Made by a program: the position numbers and the translations under genes. From an uncultured delta proteobacterium (GTDB lineage: Bacteria > Desulfobacterota > Binatia > UBA9968): 64,000 bases of DNA. Shown here one piece after another: positions 60,092 through 64,000 of this stretch; the first letter of the stretch is position 1; each line of letters starts with the position of its first letter. The stretch is taken from contig CAVWLW010000027.1 in the NCBI GenBank assembly GCA_963755715.1, positions 128,001 to 192,000 on the forward strand, in the 5' to 3' direction. The notes under the pieces are model-generated. The model searched no databases. It had not been told where the DNA came from and saw only the letters and a list, made by a program, of their open reading frames with translations.

Positions 60092-60466
60092 ATGACACAA
60101 GAGTCCAAAGACGCCTTCGAGAAAACCTCGCTCGGCGCCGAGAACAAAGCTTACAACATCATCGCCAAGCTCGATCCGGAATATTTCGAGAAGCTCAAAG
60201 GCCTCTACGTCGACGGCACCTTCGGCCGTGAAGGCGCATTGCCGCGTCAAACAAAGGAATTGATCATGGTGGGCATCTGCTGCGCGCTCAACCGTCCGCG
60301 CGGCGTGCGTTTGCACAGTGAGCGCGCGCTGACCCTGGGCGCGAGCCCGCGCGAAGTTCTCGAAGCCGTCGAGGTCGCCGCTATTCCCGGCGGCATGCCC
60401 GGCCTCTGGCTCGGTGTCGAAACCTTGGAAGAAGTTCTTAAGGCCAAAGGCATAGAATTCAAATGA
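60092..60466 (+). CDS. Carboxymuconolactone decarboxylase/AhpD-like protein
   Basis: GALPRQTKELIMVG and HSERALTLGASPREVLEA. Confidence 0.82.
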   Translation: MTQESKDAFEKTSLGAENKAYNIIAKLDPEYFEKLKGLYVDGTFGREGALPRQTKELIMVGICCALNRPRGVRLHSERALTLGASPREVLEAVEVAAIPGGMPGLWLGVETLEEVLKAKGIEFK

Positions 60467-60481
60467 ATCTACAGATTCCGT

Positions 60482-60509
60482 GTAGGGGCGATTCATGAAT
60501 CGCCCCTGC
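60482..60509. repeat. GTAG-type REP-like palindrome
   Basis: gtAGGGGCGATTC-at-GAATCGCCCCTgc. Confidence 0.7.
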
Positions 60510-60555
60510 CGAACGGAGCGAAGCGATTGAACGATTTGAACCGAATCTAAGATCC

Positions 60556-61758
60556 ATGAGCGAATTCAACACAGGACCCCTCGCCGGCATCCGCGTGCTC
60601 GATTTGACGCGCGTTCTCGCTGGCCCTTACTGCACGATGTTTCTCGGCGACCTCGGCGCCGAGGTGGTCAAAGTGGAACAACCCGGCGTCGGCGACGATA
60701 CGCGCGGCTGGGGTCCACCGTTCGCCGGCGGCGAAAGCGCCTACTTTCTTTGCATCAATCGCAACAAAAAAAGCCTCACCGTCGATCTGAAATCGCCCGA
60801 GGGCATTTCGTTGGTGCGCCAACTCGCCGAACGCGCGGATGTCTTAATCGAAAACTTTCGCCCCGGCGCAATGGAACGATTGGGCCTCGGCGACGATCAA
60901 CTGCGCGGTGCCAATCCGAAACTGATTTACGCCTCGCTCTCCGGATTCGGTGCGGACGGTCCAATGGCGGATGTTCCCGGTTATGATCTGATCGTTCAAG
61001 CCTGGGGCGGCTTGATGAGCATTACCGGCACGGCGGAGAGCGGGCCGTTGAAAGTCGGCGTGGCGATCATCGATCTCGTCGCCGGCTTGATGCTCGGCAA
61101 ATCGATCGCCGCTGCGCTCTATGCCCGAGAAAAAACCGGCCTGGGACAAAAAATCGACACCTCGCTGCTCGAAGCGGAAGTTGCCGTGCTGATCAACGCC
61201 GGCAGCAATTATCTCATGAACGGCAAAGTTCCCGGCCGTTGGGGCAACGCCCATCCGACCATCGTGCCGTACCAAAGTTTTCAGACGGCGGATAGCTATC
61301 TGGTTATCGGCGTTGCCAGCGAAGGAATTTGGCAACGCTTCTGCAAGGCGATCGGCAAGACCGATCTCGTCGACGATGCGCGCTTTGAGAAGAACGCCAA
61401 TCGCGTCGAGAACCGCGACGCCTTGATCCGTCTCCTGACCGAAATCTTTCGCAGCCGTGATAATGATACGTGGCTCCAAATTCTGAATGAAGCCGAAGTT
61501 CCCTGCGCGCCGATTCAAACCATCGATCAAGTGTTCCATGCGCCGCAAGTTCTTCACCGCGACATGCTCGTGGAAGTCGCGCATCCGACGGCAGGCACCG
61601 TGCGCATGGCTGGATTACCGGTAAAGCTATCCGCGACGCCGGCGTCGGTGCGGTTGCCGCCGCCTTTGCTCGGTGAGCATTCCGAGCAGGTGCTGTCTTC
61701 GTGGCTCGACATGAGCGCCGACGCCATCGAGCGCCTGAAAAAGAAGGGCGTGATATGA
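60556..61758 (+). CDS. Family III (CaiB/BaiF) CoA-transferase
   Basis: PLAGIRVLDLTRVLAGP, LGDLGAEVVKVE, NRNKKS, ENFRPG and PPLLGEH. Confidence 0.93.
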   Translation: MSEFNTGPLAGIRVLDLTRVLAGPYCTMFLGDLGAEVVKVEQPGVGDDTRGWGPPFAGGESAYFLCINRNKKSLTVDLKSPEGISLVRQLAERADVLIENFRPGAMERLGLGDDQLRGANPKLIYASLSGFGADGPMADVPGYDLIVQAWGGLMSITGTAESGPLKVGVAIIDLVAGLMLGKSIAAALYAREKTGLGQKIDTSLLEAEVAVLINAGSNYLMNGKVPGRWGNAHPTIVPYQSFQTADSYLVIGVASEGIWQRFCKAIGKTDLVDDARFEKNANRVENRDALIRLLTEIFRSRDNDTWLQILNEAEVPCAPIQTIDQVFHAPQVLHRDMLVEVAHPTAGTVRMAGLPVKLSATPASVRLPPPLLGEHSEQVLSSWLDMSADAIERLKKKGVI

Positions 61759-62206
61759 ACGGCAAAACATTCGAACAGTTCAAACCTGGCGACCGCTACG
61801 TCACCGGCCGGCGCACGATTACCGAGCATGATATCTTGCAGTTTGTCGGGCTCGTCGGGTTGACCGAGCCGCTCTTCTTGGATCTGGAATACATTCGCAA
61901 GGAAAGTTTATACGGCGAGCGCATCGCGCCGGGGAGCTTGACCTTCGGCATGGCCGAAGGCCTCACGGTGCAAACAGGGATCATTCACGGCACCGGCATG
62001 GCGTTCGCCGGCCTAGACAAGATGCGGCTTTTCGGTCCGGTGAAAGTCGGCGACACGATCCAAGTCGAGATCGAAGTTCTCGATGCAAGCCGGTGCCCGC
62101 GCGCGGCGGCGGTATCGTGCGTTATCGCCAGTGGGTAAAGAATCAACGCGGCGAAACGATCATGGAATACGACGTGGCACGCTTGATCCGTGGCGCCACG
62201 GAGTGA
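61755..62206 (+). CDS. MaoC-like (R)-hydratase/dehydratase, frameshift(s) near 62090-62100
   Basis: RTITEHD, YGERIAPG and F..PVKVGDTI, continuing as VKNQRGETIMEY. ATGA overlap with the CoA-transferase. Confidence 0.82.
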
Positions 62207-62213
62207 GAACACG

Positions 62214-63173
62214 ATGACCCGTTCAACAATAAACTTTGGTGTCTTGCTACCGACGCGCGAAGCCGTGATGTCCGGCCGATCCGATCCGTCAACCTTGATG
62301 CAAATTGCGGAGCGCGCCGAAGCGCTGGGATTTAGTTCCGTGTGGGTCGGCGACAGCCTCACGGCGCGCCCACGAATCGACGCGCTCACAACCCTCGCAG
62401 CCGTCGGCGCGCGCACGCGCCGGGTACGCCTCGGCACGGCGATTTTTCTTGCCGCGCTGAGAAATCCGATCATGCTCGCCTATCAGCTGGCCAGTCTTGA
62501 CTGGATCACCGGCGGACGGATCGATCTCGGCATCGGCTACGGACGTCCGAAGGAGCCGGCGGCAGAACACGAATTCAAAATCCTCGGTCTCGACCCCAGC
62601 GCGCGCATGAAAATGAGCGAAGAATTGATCCAAGTAATGCGCCGGCTCTGGCTCGAGAAGGACGTTTCTTACGCAGGCAAATTCACTAGCTTCGAACACG
62701 TCACCCTCGAACCGAAACCCGTCCAACCTAAGGGCGTGCCGATCTGGATCGCTTCGAACAACGTGGAGCCGGGGCTCAAGCGCGTCGCTCGCCTCGGTGA
62801 CGCTTGGATCAATAACATCAAGAGCCCTGATATTTTCGCTGAATGTTGGCAGAAGATCCGCGCTTACGCCGCGGATGCTGGACGTGATCCGAGTTCAATC
62901 CACGCAAGCATCTACTTTACCCTCGCCGCCGGGGGCAAGGATGCGGTCATCGAAGGCCAAACTTTTCTCGCGCAATATTACAATCGTTCCTATGAAGCGG
63001 TCGCCAACGCCATGCTATGTGTCACTGGGACTTGGGATGAAGTGATCGACTGGATGGAGAAATACGTCGAAGCCGGCGCGCGCACCGTCGTCCTGCGCTT
63101 CGCCGCGAATGATCAGCTCCGCACTCTCGAAGCGTGCGCCGAGGCGCTCCATCGGCGCGGGTTGCTCGGCTAA
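62214..63173 (+). CDS. LLM-class (luciferase-like) flavin/F420-dependent oxidoreductase
   Basis: AEALGFSSVWVGDS, TRRVRLGT, GGRIDLGIG.G, PKPVQ..GVPIWI and RVARLGDAW. Confidence 0.9.
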   Translation: MTRSTINFGVLLPTREAVMSGRSDPSTLMQIAERAEALGFSSVWVGDSLTARPRIDALTTLAAVGARTRRVRLGTAIFLAALRNPIMLAYQLASLDWITGGRIDLGIGYGRPKEPAAEHEFKILGLDPSARMKMSEELIQVMRRLWLEKDVSYAGKFTSFEHVTLEPKPVQPKGVPIWIASNNVEPGLKRVARLGDAWINNIKSPDIFAECWQKIRAYAADAGRDPSSIHASIYFTLAAGGKDAVIEGQTFLAQYYNRSYEAVANAMLCVTGTWDEVIDWMEKYVEAGARTVVLRFAANDQLRTLEACAEALHRRGLLG

Positions 63174-63246
63174 ATCGCCGATTCGGGCCAATGACCCGCA
63201 TTAAACGATTTTGAACTGCTTTAACCCTTGGAACGGCCTGACCTTT

Positions 63247-64000
63247 TCAAGACTCCGATCCATCCGGTATGCTCAGAACAACTTTACCAAATTGCCGCGC
63301 CTCTTCGACGTAGCGTTGCGCCGCTGCCGTTTTCTCGAGCGAAAAAACTCTATCGATGATCGGCTTGATTTTGGCTGCGGTCAAAAAACTGATCAGTTGA
63401 CGAAACTCTTCTCGGCTGCCGAGAGTTGAACCGTAGATTTTAAGTTCCTTCGAACAAATCGCCGCGATATCGTCGATCGGTTGGCCGCCCGCCGTGGCGC
63501 CGCAGGTCACCAGACGCCCGCCGCGCGTCAAAGATGCAAGGCTTTTCTGCCAGACTTCGCCGCCGACGGAATCGAGGACAACATCGACACCGCGATTTCC
63601 AGTCAGCGCCTGCACCGCACCGACAATGTCCGTGTTCCGATGATTGATGCCGTGATCCGCGCCCAAACTCCGAGCGCGTTCCAGCTTCGCATCACTGCCG
63701 GAGGTGACGATCACGCGCGCGCCGATGTCTTTTTGCCAACTGCATCGATGCGCTCGCCACGCCGCCGCCGATGCCGATGATAAGAATGGTTTCCCCCGGT
63801 TTCAGCTCGGCGTTGGTGATCAACATTCGCCACAGCGTGATGAACACCAGCGGGAAGGCAGCGGCTTCTTCGAATGAATAATTTTGCGGAATAGGAAAAC
63901 AATTTTGCGCCGGCAGCTTCACGTATTGCGCGTAAGTGCCTTCCATTCTTTCGCCGAGGACGCGCAAACGAAAACACAGGAAGTCGCGATCCGTCAAGCA
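63247..64000 (-). CDS. Zn-binding dehydrogenase/quinone reductase (MDR), 5' end outside the window, frameshift near 63728
   Basis: GTYAQYV, EAAAFPLVF.T, GIGGGVA, GGRLVTCGAT and FGKVVL. Confidence 0.85.

Overview
Gene-dense bacterial chromosomal window with moderately high GC. I see no rRNA, tRNA, CRISPR array, prophage or intact transposase. The gene style (many orphan NMT1/SsuA-type solute-binding proteins mixed with amidohydrolases, cupins and VOC proteins) suggests Candidatus Binatia or a related deltaproteobacterium-like lineage, but this is inference only. Contents in order: partial ggt; addB-addA-3'-5' exonuclease; SnoaL protein; a two-gene bicupin + EutA-like ATPase operon with no ethanolamine ammonia-lyase; a Zn-ribbon protein of unknown function converging on a GAF sensor kinase that lacks its phospho-acceptor His and has a sigma54-type promoter; coxM/coxS without a large subunit; a Rieske oxygenase; an Fe3+-type ABC pair; argC; a protocatechuate/beta-ketoadipate cluster (pcaD-C-H-G-B-I-J with MarR and an amidohydrolase); a DsbA/FrnE-like selenoprotein (in-frame TGA in a U-P-W-C motif plus a SECIS-like hairpin) that the ORF track truncates; and about 27 kb of catabolic genes. 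Ten NMT1-type binding proteins occur with no cognate permease or ATPase. Intergenic spaces carry several families of small palindromic or periodic repeats. About a dozen genes have single-base frameshifts that look like long-read indel errors. The best novelty candidates are the bicupin-EutA operon, the selenoprotein, the orphan binding-protein expansion and the His-less kinase.
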